Positions 36,779 to 48,500 of a DNA stretch of 64,000 bases are shown here, in pieces. This DNA comes from Marsupella aquatica (Eukaryota > Plantae > Marchantiophyta). The translations under genes were made by a program, and so were the position numbers. The notes below the pieces were generated by a model, which did not search any database, was not told where the DNA came from, and saw only the letters and a list, made by a program, of their open reading frames with translations. How positions within the stretch are numbered: position 1 is the first letter of the stretch; the number at the start of each line of letters is the position of its first letter. The stretch spans positions 15,158,330 through 15,222,329 of the forward strand of contig OZ316898.1 in the NCBI GenBank assembly GCA_973895155.1, written 5' to 3'.

Positions 36779-38146
36779 TTAACCAACTGTGGTAGGTCTA
36801 ACCTTAGTTAGGCTAGAGTTAACTCGGGTTACAACATTGGCTCTTATGTCTCCAAAACTTAGGAGGTTCCTGGTGGCTTTGGGTGCGTATATGGCAGAGT
36901 GTATCTTTATCACTGTGCCTTGTGGTAATGTGACGGTTGCAGGTCCGTAGCCCTCCTCTAACTGATGTTGGCCCATTATGGTGGTGACCTTTCGCTGTGA
37001 TGGGGTTATGTGGGTAAAGTATTCCTTATTTTTCAGAATTGAATGTGAGGTCCCACTATCGACTATACATGAGTGAGGATTGTTTGGGTTCTTTGTGTGG
37101 TTCCTTATAATCATGTTGATCTCGGGAAGGATCTCAGCGGAGTCCATGAAAGTGCCATATGTTTCAGGTGCGTTTGTGTTCATGCTTTTCTTATAAAGGG
37201 CTACTAGATGTGAAGGTGCTCTGCAGTGTTTCTGAATGTGCCCTTTAGTTCCACAGCGAAAACAGAGAGGGGGGTTGGTGGTCATATCTCGTTGGTTGTG
37301 CTGGTCCTCGTTGAACTTCGTGCGATTCTGATTATTGTTCTCTCTCGTCCAGGTGTTCCACGAGCTCCTGCCGTTGTATCTCGATCTGCCTTGGCCGCGT
37401 CCTCGGTGGAAATTCCCTCTGCCGCCTCGTTGAAAGTTATTGCTTCGACCCCTATTCGGGCTGCGTCCCCTGGTGCCTGCGCGGCCTCGATAGTTTCTTG
37501 ATTCTCCCCTCTGTGGTGTGGCGTAGTTGGTCTCGGGAGCTGATGTGGACGGGAGGGTCCCCGGTGGGCGTTTCTGCGAATTTTGTAGTAGTAGGAGCTG
37601 GTGCTTTTCAGCCAGCAGCATATGCGCAATTAGTTCGGAGTATTTGGTAAAGGCCATATTCCTGTATTGTGTAGAGAGGATAAGGTTTGAAGAATGAAGA
37701 GTTGACAGTGTTTTTTCGATCTGCTCTGCATCGTTTATTGGTTGGCCGCAGATGGCCAGTTGTGCGATGATCCTGAATAGCTCACTGTTATAATCTGCGA
37801 CCGTCTTGTAGTCTTGGACGCGCAGATTGATCCAGTCGTGGCGAGCTGCGGGTAGGTAGATAGTTCGAATGTGATCGAAACGGGATTGTAGGTCATCCCA
37901 TAGTAGCCGGGGATTGAATTCGTTCATGTATTGTTTCTTCAATGGCTCGCATAGATGGTGCCGAATTAGTATTAAGGCCTTCGCCTTTTGTGGGAGAGTA
38001 GTTCCCGCATCTGTAATGATCGTGTCTTGGAGTTCTTTTGCTGCGAGGTGGGCCTCAATATCTAGAGTCCAGGATAGGTAATTTGCGCCGTCTATACTCA
38101 GAGGTTGAAATAGGAGTTTCTCGATGGAGTTAGTGGGTACAGCCAT
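36779..38146 (-). CDS. Copia Gag plus aspartic protease, reading into the 3' LTR
   Basis: NYLSW..D, ARHDWINLRVQDYK, CFRCGTKGHIQKHC knuckle, IVDSGTSH, APKATRNLLSF. Confidence 0.9.
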   Translation of the reverse strand: MAVPTNSIEKLLFQPLSIDGANYLSWTLDIEAHLAAKELQDTIITDAGTTLPQKAKALILIRHHLCEPLKKQYMNEFNPRLLWDDLQSRFDHIRTIYLPAARHDWINLRVQDYKTVADYNSELFRIIAQLAICGQPINDAEQIEKTLSTLHSSNLILSTQYRNMAFTKYSELIAHMLLAEKHQLLLLQNSQKRPPGTLPSTSAPETNYATPQRGESRNYRGRAGTRGRSPNRGRSNNFQRGGRGNFHRGRGQGRSRYNGRSSWNTWTRENNNQNRTKFNEDQHNQRDMTTNPPLCFRCGTKGHIQKHCRAPSHLVALYKKSMNTNAPETYGTFMDSAEILPEINMIIRNHTKNPNNPHSCIVDSGTSHSILKNKEYFTHITPSQRKVTTIMGQHQLEEGYGPATVTLPQGTVIKIHSAIYAPKATRNLLSFGDIRANVVTRVNSSLTKVRPTTVG

Positions 38147-38447
38147 CTTCTATCAATTGGTCAATTGATCCTGTGATAATAACAATATATCCGTTCGCAC
38201 TTGACTGAGTGATGATGTGGGGCTATGTCCCTTCTTGAGTCGTTGTCTCTCAAGTTGAATTCCTGGGTCTGCCTCCGCTTCTTCTATTGTCAGCCCCCTC
38301 AAATCCCAATCCGTGGAATCGTGGTCAAATTATACCACTCCCGATCGATCTGCTGCCCGAAAAATTAGTTTCTATGGTGCTGAATCAATCGCCTTGGCAT
38401 GAATGTCCCTCTGAAGCTTGTTTGAAAAAAAATTCTCGTTGCAGACA

Positions 38448-38461
38448 TCGTGCTGATAACG
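38448..38461 (-). promoter_or_regulatory. PBS CGTTATCAGCACGA (half-tRNA-Ile type)
   Basis: Directly abuts the 5' LTR. The same motif (one mismatch) lies at 51835-51848 in the other Copia. Confidence 0.75.
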
Positions 38462-39158
38462 TGTTGTAGCTCATCAACAACTAACTCCTTTATTCATTCC
38501 TCTTCCAATACATATAGTCCCTTAGGCAGGTAGGGTAGTTAGGCGGTTAGTCTTAACCAACTGTGGTAGGTCTAACCTTAGTTAGGCTAGAGTTAACTCG
38601 GGTTACAACACAAATGTATTTTTTGAATAATATAAGAGAAATGAAATGATATCCTATTGGTGAAGGAGAAGACAGAGAGGGCAGGCCTTGGGAAAGGGCT
38701 GAGAAGGTTCAATAGGGCGTCTCAAACTTGGCGCCCGCGTGCTTGGCCGCGGGCACGGGAATCTGAATATTCACGTCCGTAAATTGAGCCGGGACCGACT
38801 TTTCGGTCTTGCAGAAACAAGGGGGGGAGGTTTGACACAGGTTGCGGGCTGCAAAGAAGTTGGGTTTATCCTGAGTTAAGGATTGCCCGCCCGCTTCCGT
38901 TTGAACCCCTCCGCCAACTTTACTCTGCACCATTTTGTCTGGTGCAAATCCACGACATTTCAAAATTCAAGCTTCCCTCTCTCTGCGATACGAGAGTTTG
39001 AGCCTTCCTAATTTTCCGTGTCGAAGTCGGGCATAGACAGAGGAGATATGGCTAATTCTATGTGGGGCGATGTTAGATTTCCAGAGTTGTGTGGGTCTTG
39101 ACTGTCTTTGGATCCTGCACTAGTCGTAGATTCTCAGGTGAATCAAGGCGGAGCAGAC

Positions 39159-40473
39159 ATGGTGGCCTCCAATGCGCATCCTTTCGCTGGAAGCGATGTC
39201 AATCGGAAGCTCACAGCTTATCACTTGGGTAAGATTGTGGATTGGCTCGAAGATGCCGACAATTTTGCGATGCTCAATGGATCCTCTCGCAGGGTTCCTG
39301 TGGGGACAAGGCACCCCTCCAAGAAAACTGTGTTCAAGCTCATGCTGGTGCATCTTCATGCCAACGGTTTCCCAAAATTTGTAGCCACGGGAGACAACTT
39401 GGGAAAAAGGTTCCAACGTTACGTGAAGAAATACAAGGAGGCTCTGGCCATCAAAAATGATTCAGGAGCTGGGTTATCAATGGCGGAGCTTCGGGCAGGA
39501 ATAACGTTGGAGGACAAACTAGACAAGATTTGCCCTCACTTCGAGAGAATGCATGCGCTGTATGGAGAGAGGACCAATGTCGCTCCTCCTGCCACAACGT
39601 CTGTTGGGTTGCCTGGACACACTGAGCTCTTCGTGGATGCAGGATCAGAGGACGAAGATCAAGATGACTACGAAGGAGTTGCGGAGCAGGACTCGGTGAC
39701 ACAAGGTATGTATGAGGGATTTACATGATTTACCTGCTGGAATAAATGCATAGTCATTGCTCCCATATGAACGAGCATTTGACTTATCGTGTGTTCCACA
39801 GATTTTGGCGAAGAGGGTGGGGACTCACAATTTCAAGGCCAGCCGACTTCCACAAACAACCCACACCCACAGACGGTGCCGACTGCCACACAACCAGAAG
39901 CGAACGATGTGCGAGGGGTAAGGCCAGAAGTAGACCCAAGATGGGCAGGCTTCACAAGCCCCCACAGCTATGCCAAGTAATCCCTCTGCCGACAGATCAA
40001 ATGTCAACAGGAGGAATATAAGGAAGCAGGGTCCTTCCCAAGCTACGTCCCGGCCGAATTTGGCAGAAGTTTACATGGAAAAGCTAGCTGAGAAGAATGT
40101 TTTCAGACAGCAACTGATAGAAAGTAAAGATAAATGGAAAACATAGGAACTGGTTGACAGAAGGGAAGCACAACAGTTATCGGCAAAGGATGTTAGACAG
40201 AGGGATAGGCTACAGAGAAAACATGAGGAGAAGAGGGCTAGAATTGATCTGGAGCTTCAACTGACTCTGTTGAGAGCTCAACAGACGGCAGCACTCTTCA
40301 CCGAGCTTATCCGTTCAAACCGAACACCTGCGGAAATGCTGACCATAATGCAGGTCATTCCTGGCTTGAATGAGGGCAATATTCCAGGCCTCCATACACC
40401 AAATCAGCCATCGAGTGCTCAGACCAATGATACAACAGCCCCAACAGAAGATGAAGTTGTCGATTTGCATTAG
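39159..40473 (+). CDS. Harbinger accessory Myb/SANT-like protein (one intron, apparent frameshift near 39950)
   Basis: IVDWLEDADNF...RFQRYVKKYKEA...CPHFERMHALYGER followed by acidic and coiled-coil segments; GT-AG intron ~39705-39802. Confidence 0.7.
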
Positions 40474-41260
40474 TACTTTTTTTGCAGCACTCTCAGGTTT
40501 TGTTATAGTTTAGTTTTGATTAGTTTTGATTAGTCAAGTTCAAGTGCCGAATGGTGTGTGCGTGCACCAACACTTTTTCGGCAATGCTCGTTCTTTGTGT
40601 ACCCGTTTGTTTACTGGATGTATAAATGCAACATTCGCCTATCAAACTTCATGAGATGTTTTTTGTATTCCATCGGTCTGAAATGTGATTTAATGTGCGT
40701 CAAATATGAATTTAATGTGCATCCATACAGATCAGTTTATCAAACTGACAACTGCGGGATAAGTTCTCCACGTCAAATGCCCATCATCTCTTAGTTTATG
40801 TTTGGAAGTACTGTAATAGAGTCGTCTGGTTGACAGGTTTCATTTCATTTCTAAGAAGACATTACTAAGTTTAATTGACACACTACAAACTACGGGCAAA
40901 ATGCAAACAACTGCACTCGACTACCGATTTAACTGGCACCTATGGGTAAGACGTAAAATACAGTTGACGACTTCACAAAAGGACCAAGGTTGGCCAACAG
41001 TGGCGGTCACTTCTCTAGACAACGGCATCGTGAACTGAGCCAGTTTGCTTCATTCATGTCATTCATCGAAAGGGCAAAACAAAATGTTCATCATCCGAAT
41101 AGGGCAAAACGCAAACATCTTTACAAAAAGGGCAAAATGCAAACTTCTTTACAAAAAGGGCAGGCATTATACTTAGTCAATGCAAGGACAGTAGTGACTT
41201 TACAAAGGAACTACCGAAACTACAACTACCAAAATTACGTGCTTAACTCCTGCACTCCCG

Positions 41261-41374
41261 AAAATCCCACGATTTCACTACCAAAAATCCCACAATTTCA
41301 CTACCAAAAATCCCACGATTTCACTACCGAAAATCCCACGATGTTACTACCGAAAATCCCATGATGTTACTACC
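41261..41374. repeat. 23-bp minisatellite, 5 copies
   Basis: aaaatcccacgatttcactacc(a/g) repeated. Confidence 0.9.
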
Positions 41375-41480
41375 ATCGGTCTATGGAGCTGTGGTTGCCC
41401 TCGGATGTTATTGAACAAAACCTCCAGAGCTCATCGGCCTACCATCATTTGCATGTAGGCGGCCTCCATAAATGGGACAA

Positions 41481-41963
41481 TCATGGACTTGGGCCCTGCC
41501 AATTATCACGAACTGAAGGGCCATCGACCGATCGTTGTGTCTTAACAGAAGCACTCGAGCTAGCGATGGCCGAGTCTGCAGAACCTGTACCCCCATCACA
41601 ATCATCCGAAATGGAGCTGACCAGCGCAGTCATCGTGGAGGTAAAGCTGCATTCATCGTCACTACTCTCATCTTCCAACACTTCATGTGCAAAGGCAAAG
41701 AACTTGTCCCATTCTATGAAGCACTTGCACAGAATGCCATGTCTTCTGGAAGTTGTAAACATCTCCAAAATACTCCTGAAACCGGTTCCGGACTTTATGT
41801 GGCCAGGTGGGAAAATTCCATATGCCCAAGAAAAATTTGTCACTTGCAAAGTCCTCGGTGTCAATGAGCCACAATGGGGGACGTGGGTTCTCCATGGTAG
41901 GGCAGTTTGCAACATAAGGGCAATGCTCCTTCTTCCTCTCCGAAATGAATGACGATAAAGCAC
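41481..41963 (-). CDS. Unidentified ORF inside the Harbinger element
   Basis: 160-aa ORF with an acidic tail. Overlapping ORFs exist in other frames, so the frame is uncertain. Confidence 0.25.
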   Translation of the reverse strand: MLYRHSFRRGRRSIALMLQTALPWRTHVPHCGSLTPRTLQVTNFSWAYGIFPPGHIKSGTGFRSILEMFTTSRRHGILCKCFIEWDKFFAFAHEVLEDESSDDECSFTSTMTALVSSISDDCDGGTGSADSAIASSSASVKTQRSVDGPSVRDNWQGPSP

Positions 41964-42172
41964 GACAACCAGTAAGCAACGAATATCAGTGCCCCGAAAT
42001 CAGCTTTGCCTTCGACAACCAGTAAGCTGAAAATACTCCTTTGCCTTCGACAACCAGTAAGCGATCAACTCTTTCATAAGGCAGTCAAACTCCTTGGCCT
42101 TCGACTCATCATACCACATAATCACTGCAGTCAAACAAGTGTGTGATTGACCGGAGCGCAAATACAGTCCAA

Positions 42173-43703
42173 TCAGTGCCCTCCTGAGTTTAGGAACCTT
42201 CCTGGTCTGCGATTGAACTCAAGGGCATGGTCCATGACCCTCACAAGTAGACTATTTCCTGCCTGTACAATTGCACGCCTTGACACTGGGCCAGAAGGAC
42301 GTTGTCCCACCTCATCTTCGTTGGGCAAGATGTCTGGGTCGTTTAAAGCCTCATCTGCCTCAGTCCACAAATCATTTTGGGATATTACATAATTATGTAA
42401 CTTCCCACATAGAGAGACCCATGTTACCAACCAGGCACTATCTTTGGGCCTATTTAATTGTGTCCTAACCTCCTTAAGAGAATGCCACCGTGATTTAAGC
42501 ACTCCAATGCAATGTTCATTGGTGACATGGCACTTGGCCACACAGGTATTAAAATCCACTTTATCAACAATCATGTCAGCCCTCTTGAAGGCACACACAA
42601 CATGAGGTAATGCCTGGTACCCATTGTCCCCTAAGATGTACTGCCCCTCTCCAAATAAGTTGTTACTGTTCACCTCTGTGCAGAACTTCCATAGAGGCGA
42701 TTTTTGTAAGCAAGTCAAGTCAGAGCATGACCCAGGCATTCCTGCAAAAATGCACATCATTTCCATGTCATAAAAAGTAACCATAAGAATAGCAACAAGT
42801 ATTTACAGCCTCAATAAGAATAAGCCAAGTACGCTATGAGGGGTACCAGTACCTGAGAACATATACAGAATTCTCCTTTTGTGGTCACATACCACCTGTA
42901 CATTCACAGAGTATCTGCTCTTTCGGTCATAGTAGCATTCCCCGTGCTTAAATGGACGTTGGGCTAGGGGAAGAAGAGAACCGTCTATAAGGCCAACACA
43001 TCCTGGGAACCCATGTGCAGCAAACTCCTGGCTCAAAACAGCTCGCTCGATCTCGTGATGTTGGCCACTGTATGTAATCGTTAAGCACATTCTCCAGAGC
43101 TCTGAAACACCTATTGGAAAAGTTGATGAGACTCCCATTGCTGACCCCCCATGTGGGGATCATGTGGTTCAAGCATGCCCCATTACCGTCATGGCCTAGA
43201 CAATCTAGGCAGACAGCCAACTGACGAACAATTGGTGCCTGTTTACAAAAGGAATCATTCTGAAACATAGGACGTGGGGTTATAAGGTCCACAAGATTAA
43301 AGAATGAAGTTTTGGACATCCGAGTGAGTTGCCTGAATAATCTGTCTGGTAAATTATGGAAAAACTGAGTTGCAAATTCATTAGACTTAGGTGTTACATG
43401 CCGGGGCACCAAGTACCTTGAGTTGTACGGAACAAAGTACAACTCAAATAGGTCTGTTGGGTTTGCTTCCCAATCCCCAACATTGTCCTCCCTTTCAGAG
43501 TCAGATGAGGAATCTGCGTTAGAGGTGTCAGCATCATCTGATTTGCTGGAGACATAACCAGATGGGATATTCTCTAGAGAACCAATAGTCCCCTGGATGG
43601 AGTCCACATCAAAGTCGGATGTGGAATCCTGTAAAGCAATACTGACCTCAAGCTTTTGCTTGACAAGTCTCAACTGATTTTGCCTCTCAGAAACTCTTGG
43701 CAT
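42173..43703 (-). CDS. Harbinger (HARBI1-like) DDE transposase; intron 42742-42852, frameshift near 43060
   Basis: FRQLTRMSKTSFFNL, QLAVCL, IQWP, FPGCVGLIDGS, YYDRKSRYSVNVQVVCD, PGSCSD, YILGDNGY, NEHCIGVLKSRW, KLHNY. Confidence 0.92.
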
Positions 43704-43954
43704 GGTTTCCTGCAAGACAATTTGAAGGAATACATGTGCTAAGAAATATGGTAAATATTGCACAGAAATTGAGATGGATAAAATGACTTCAACACGCCAA
43801 CAAATGAACACACGGGAGTTTATTTCTCAACAAACTTTTATTTCTGAAAAAAACAGAGTGTAGTACTGCAGCAATAAAAGTCCCGTGCTTTTGATGTCCT
43901 TAAAACCCTATGACAACCAGCCTCAATTGTTGTTATCTCAATTAAGGGTAGAGT

Positions 43955-44760
43955 TCAGTCATCTAGATCAGCCAACTTCAACTGCTCAACGAGGTCTGCA
44001 AGTATTTTTTTGGCACTGCTACGCTTAACAGGCGTACTAGGGGAAGCGTTTTCTGGGTCCTTCTTGGGTGTCCTATAGTCAGGGCTCATGGTACTAGAAG
44101 ATCCAACATATTGGGGACCTGCCACATAGACTGGGTCATCAACAATGACCAGCCGTTGGACGTGCAATTCGTGTCCCCTAACTTCAAATGAGACCTGAAG
44201 CTTGGGACATTTTTGTACAATAGACTGAACCAAGCGTAACTGGTCTAGTTCAGCCAGTCGACTGAACTCAAATGCAGAGCTGTTCAACAAAGTGCAGGCA
44301 GTATCCCAAATTAATGCCTTCGCAGGTTTGCAAGGTCCATGTGTTGCATCAAATAAAACAAGCTGGAATCTAAACTTTGCCTGCCCTGGTAATGTATGGC
44401 CACAACGTGGTCCGAACTCAAGGGATTTCCCACAAATAAGTCCATTGTCACATACATGTGGACAAGCAGAGTATGTAAATTTCCGGGGATATGCATTTCG
44501 TGCCACATAGTTAGCCGCCCAGACCAGGGAGGGGGGGTATTTTTTGAATTTCCCAGCAACCCTGTCGTTCTCAACGGTTGAAATGGGTGTCCACTGAGCC
44601 ATGGCCTGAGCAAGAGAAAAAGAAACGCCTGAAATCAGGTAATCCATGGGCATTGTCTCCACCTAAGCCTCATTGCAAAGAAAGCAATAGGAAATGTCAA
44701 TACTGAGATGAACGACTCACCTCCGGCAAGTACTTCTTCTCAAAAACTCCCACGCGGCCT
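43955..44760 (-). CDS. RPA1 (RPA70) C-terminal-like Zn-ribbon OB-fold protein carried by the Harbinger element
   Basis: FTYSACP..C..ICGKSL...CGH....FRFQLVLFDAT....LIWDTACTLLNSSAFEF follows the Rep_fac-A_C pattern; GT-AG intron at ~44666-44720. Confidence 0.65.
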
Positions 44761-45584
44761 GCCGGTACTCCGCTCGCACACAATGTCTTGCTGCTTCAAA
44801 CCCCGCTTCAGACGTCGCCCTCGCCCTGACACTTATCACACTGATAATCAATGGTCGCACGATATGCTCGGCTGGTGCTCACTGAAAATGTCGTAGAAAA
44901 CAAAAGTTCTAGCTCGTGAGATGCGTCATTACGATACGTTCGAGTTCAAAAATGTCCAGCTGCGCTGAACGATCTCCCGATTCCTTCCTCAATGTTTGAA
45001 ACCGATATGGCTGTGTTGCGCGCGGTACGGTAGACAGAGGCATCGAGGAGAGTTAACCATGGTCATGTGCTACCTGAGCCTAAACCCATATCCGCGGCCG
45101 CCCGGGTTGGCGCAAAAACCCGGGCGCAAAAGTGCGGAAGCCAACTCGGACGGTCGCACACTTTCTGCCCGCGTCCCGCGACGCGGGCTCCCAGGCGTGG
45201 GAAAAGTCCGTGTTTCATAAAGTTTGAGGCGCCCTAATGGGGAGGGAAAGGAAAGCAAATGCAAAGGATAAGACGGGAGTGTGACAATACAAGAGTAGAG
45301 AAGGTTTTTTTAAACATTTTTTCCACTCTCCCAAACAAAGTTGTCGCCCCCTCTCTCCTAAAAGTCATTGCCACCATCACAGTCTCTCCCCACCAAAAAA
45401 CCCTCCAAGAAAACTCTAATCCCTACCTCCCTTCCAATACCCTTGGCCCCTCCCTTTAACGCATGCACCCATCCCAGTACCTTTTTCCCCTAGATTTTTG
45501 AAACATGAAGGATTCGTTGAAAAGCATCCAAGGTGAAGAAACTTAGGGCGACTTTGACAGAACGAATCCAAAGAAACAAATCCA

Positions 45585-48500
45585 TGTTACAAACCATATA
45601 CTCCAACAATGTAATGAATCTTATTCATGTGTCCAATATATATACATGAGGTAGTTGAGTTAGATCTTGGTTAGATCTTAACTCGGGTTAAGATATCTAA
45701 TCCTAGTTAGGGTATAACACTCCCCCTTGGGTGTTATAGTTTTTGATGAAATTATAACGACCAATCTAAGTTGCTATCAGTTAGATATCTTCTACCTATG
45801 TTATATTGTGAGATGATGGAGGTGCAGTCTCATTAAAACCTTCCCTACTAACATCATGGAAGGAAAGAGTATTGCCACCTTCCATCTCTTTTGTATGATC
45901 TATTTTGAATGTATGTTAGGTCTAGAATACAATATTGGTTTTATTTGTGTTTTCTATGTTGTTAGGCTCCATGGAGGTTGTTGTCTCCATTGTACTGTAT
46001 TTGAGTTATTGGTGTTCTTGGGGATGTCTTGATCTCCTTTGTGGTAGTATTGATGGTTTGCTTCTTCATAGTAAGTAGTCATTCTTCTTCAATAGTGTTG
46101 TTGTAGAAAAATCCATTCTCCCCCTCAATGTTAGAATCCTGCATCAGTTTCTTAAGACTTCGCATCCCCAAGAGGTGAGTTAGTGTTCTATGAGTAGATG
46201 GGGGTAGAGATTTTGTTAGGATGTCGGCTAGGTTCTTGTCTCCTGAAATCCATTGTATGTCGATGTCTTTTCCTTGTTGTTCATGTGAGAAAAAGAACTT
46301 GGGTGCAATATGTTTTGTGCGTTCACCTTTTATAAATCCTGATTTGATTTGAGTGATGCATGACATATTGTCTTCAAATATAGTTGTAGGCATGGTTAAG
46401 TTTTGTTTACCTGTTTGAATAAGAATATGGTCTATTACTTGCCTTAGCCATAAACATTCTCTAGTAGCCTCATAAAGGGCAATAATTTCTGAATGGTTTG
46501 AAGAAGTGGTTGCAAGTGTTTGCTTAGTACTTCTCCAAGATATTGGTGTTGATCCCATTAAGAATATATATCCTGTTTGAGATCTACCGTCATGTGGATC
46601 AGAAAGGTATCCGGCGTCAACATATCCTTTCAACTTATGGTTATCCTCATTAGGAAAATATAGGCCGAGGTCGGATGTACCATTAAGGTATCTGAAAATC
46701 CGTTTTAGCCCGTTCCAATGTCTTATAGTGGGTTGAGAACTATGTCTCGCCAGTAGGTTGACAGAAAATGCTATGTCTGGTCTTGTTTGATTAGATAAAA
46801 ACATAAGAGCACCGATAGCCGAAAGGTATGGCATATCTGAACCTAATATAGGTTTGAATTCTTCTCTTTTTCTAAACATATCCTTATCCTTATCAAGGGT
46901 ACGGATGTCCATGGGGGATTTAACAGGCTTCAACATATTCATTCTGAATTGTTGTAATGTTTTCTTTGTGTAAGTAGTTTGGTGTAAAAGAATGCCTTTT
47001 TCCAAATGTTCAAATTGGAGTCCAATGCAATAAGAAGTTCTGCCCATGTCTCTCATTTCAAATACGCTTTTTAGTGTTTGCATTGACTCATTCATCATCT
47101 TTTTCGTACCAAGGAGGTTGAGGTCATCAACATATATAGCGATGATTATGAATTCAGGTCCTTCATGCTTTATAAATAAGCAAGGAGCTATTTCAGAATT
47201 CTTATATCCCATGGATATCATTTGATTTTTGAATCTCTGGTACCATGTACGTCCACTCTGTTTGAGTCCGTAAAGGGAACTAAGGACTTGAACTGCATAC
47301 CGGGTCTTTGCTCCGGTTGCCTTATGATCCTTTCTAGGTTCTTGTAATGCAATTGCTTTGGAAGCATTGTGGAGTACCAATTTGTTCATATAGTCAAATG
47401 ATTTTGCACTATTATCATTGTGCATATGTGGATTATGTTTTGAATTTGCATGGAAGTTTACTCTCTCAATGAGTTCAGGCGGGGCTTCCATATAAATCAC
47501 GTTGTCCAGTTTACCATAAAGGTAAGCGGTAACAACATCCATTTGTTGCATTAGCAGTTTGTTGTGTATAGCAAATGCTATCAAATAGCGGTATGTGGTG
47601 ACGTCCATGACAGGTGAGTATGTCAGGGCATAGTCAGTTCCATAAACTTGTGTGTAGCCTTTAGCAACCAGCCTAGCTTTATATCTTAGTATTTCTCCTT
47701 GTGAGTTTCGCTTTTTAACAAATGTCATCCTATATCCCGTGAGGTGTTGGTCTAGGGAAGCTACGGTTATAGGTCCAAAGACTTTTCTAGATATCAAGGA
47801 GTCTAATTCGGAGTTCATGGCCTCTTGCCATTTGCTCCAATCTATTTGTTTTTGTGCTTCGGTCACTGATTTGGGATCTGGTAGGTTGTTAATATCATTT
47901 GCTACATGAGAGGCAAATATGAGATCAGGGTTGATCATCATTCTATCTAGTATGTTACCAGTGGAGTTGTAGTTAATGGCTATCTCTGGTTGGGATGGTG
48001 GTCTCGTATGGTTGGTTGGTGTAGGAGGTCTACGCTTGTTTCTAGGTTGTTTGTCGACTGCTCCTAGTGGTCTCCCTCTTTTGAGTTGTGGGAGTGTGTC
48101 AGAGGATAGTCTCTGATCTTGTATGCGGGATGGTGTATTAGCCGCTGGTATATGGGATTTAGTTACATGTGTAGCATCAGCAAATGAGTCGGGTAAGGAC
48201 TCCATGATCTTGGTTAATTGAAGTATCCTATTGACTTCTAGTTCAGTTTGGTTAGTTCGAGGATCTGGGCAAAGTGCCGGGGAAGCTTGCCATGTGAGTG
48301 TTTTGGTGTATGACTTATGTTTTCCCTCTTGCGTGTTAATGGTTGGGAAAATGTTTTCATAGAAATGGCAATCGCTGAAACGGGCTTTGAATATGTCAGT
48401 GGTTGTAGGTTCCATGTATCGTATGATAGATGTTGAGTCAAATCCTACATAGATGCCTTTCCTCCGTTGTGGTCCCATTTTGGTTCTATGAGGACCTAGT

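Larger units (their letters stand above)
36688..38610 (-). mobile_element. Short Copia (Bianca-like) element: LTR-PBS-gag-protease-LTR, lacking IN/RT/RH and PPT
   Basis: Apparently identical 149-bp TG..CA LTRs at 36688-36836 and 38462-38610. TSD CAAAT at 36683-36687 and 38611-38615. Confidence 0.95.
38714..45235. mobile_element. PIF/Harbinger DNA transposon (~6.5 kb) with extra cargo genes
   Basis: TIRs AGGGCGTCTCAAACTT and AAGTTTGAGGCGCCCT (15/16 match). Flanks give a 3-bp AAT duplication, or TA if the TIRs are taken 1 bp shorter. Convergent Myb-like and DDE genes lie inside. Confidence 0.9.
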
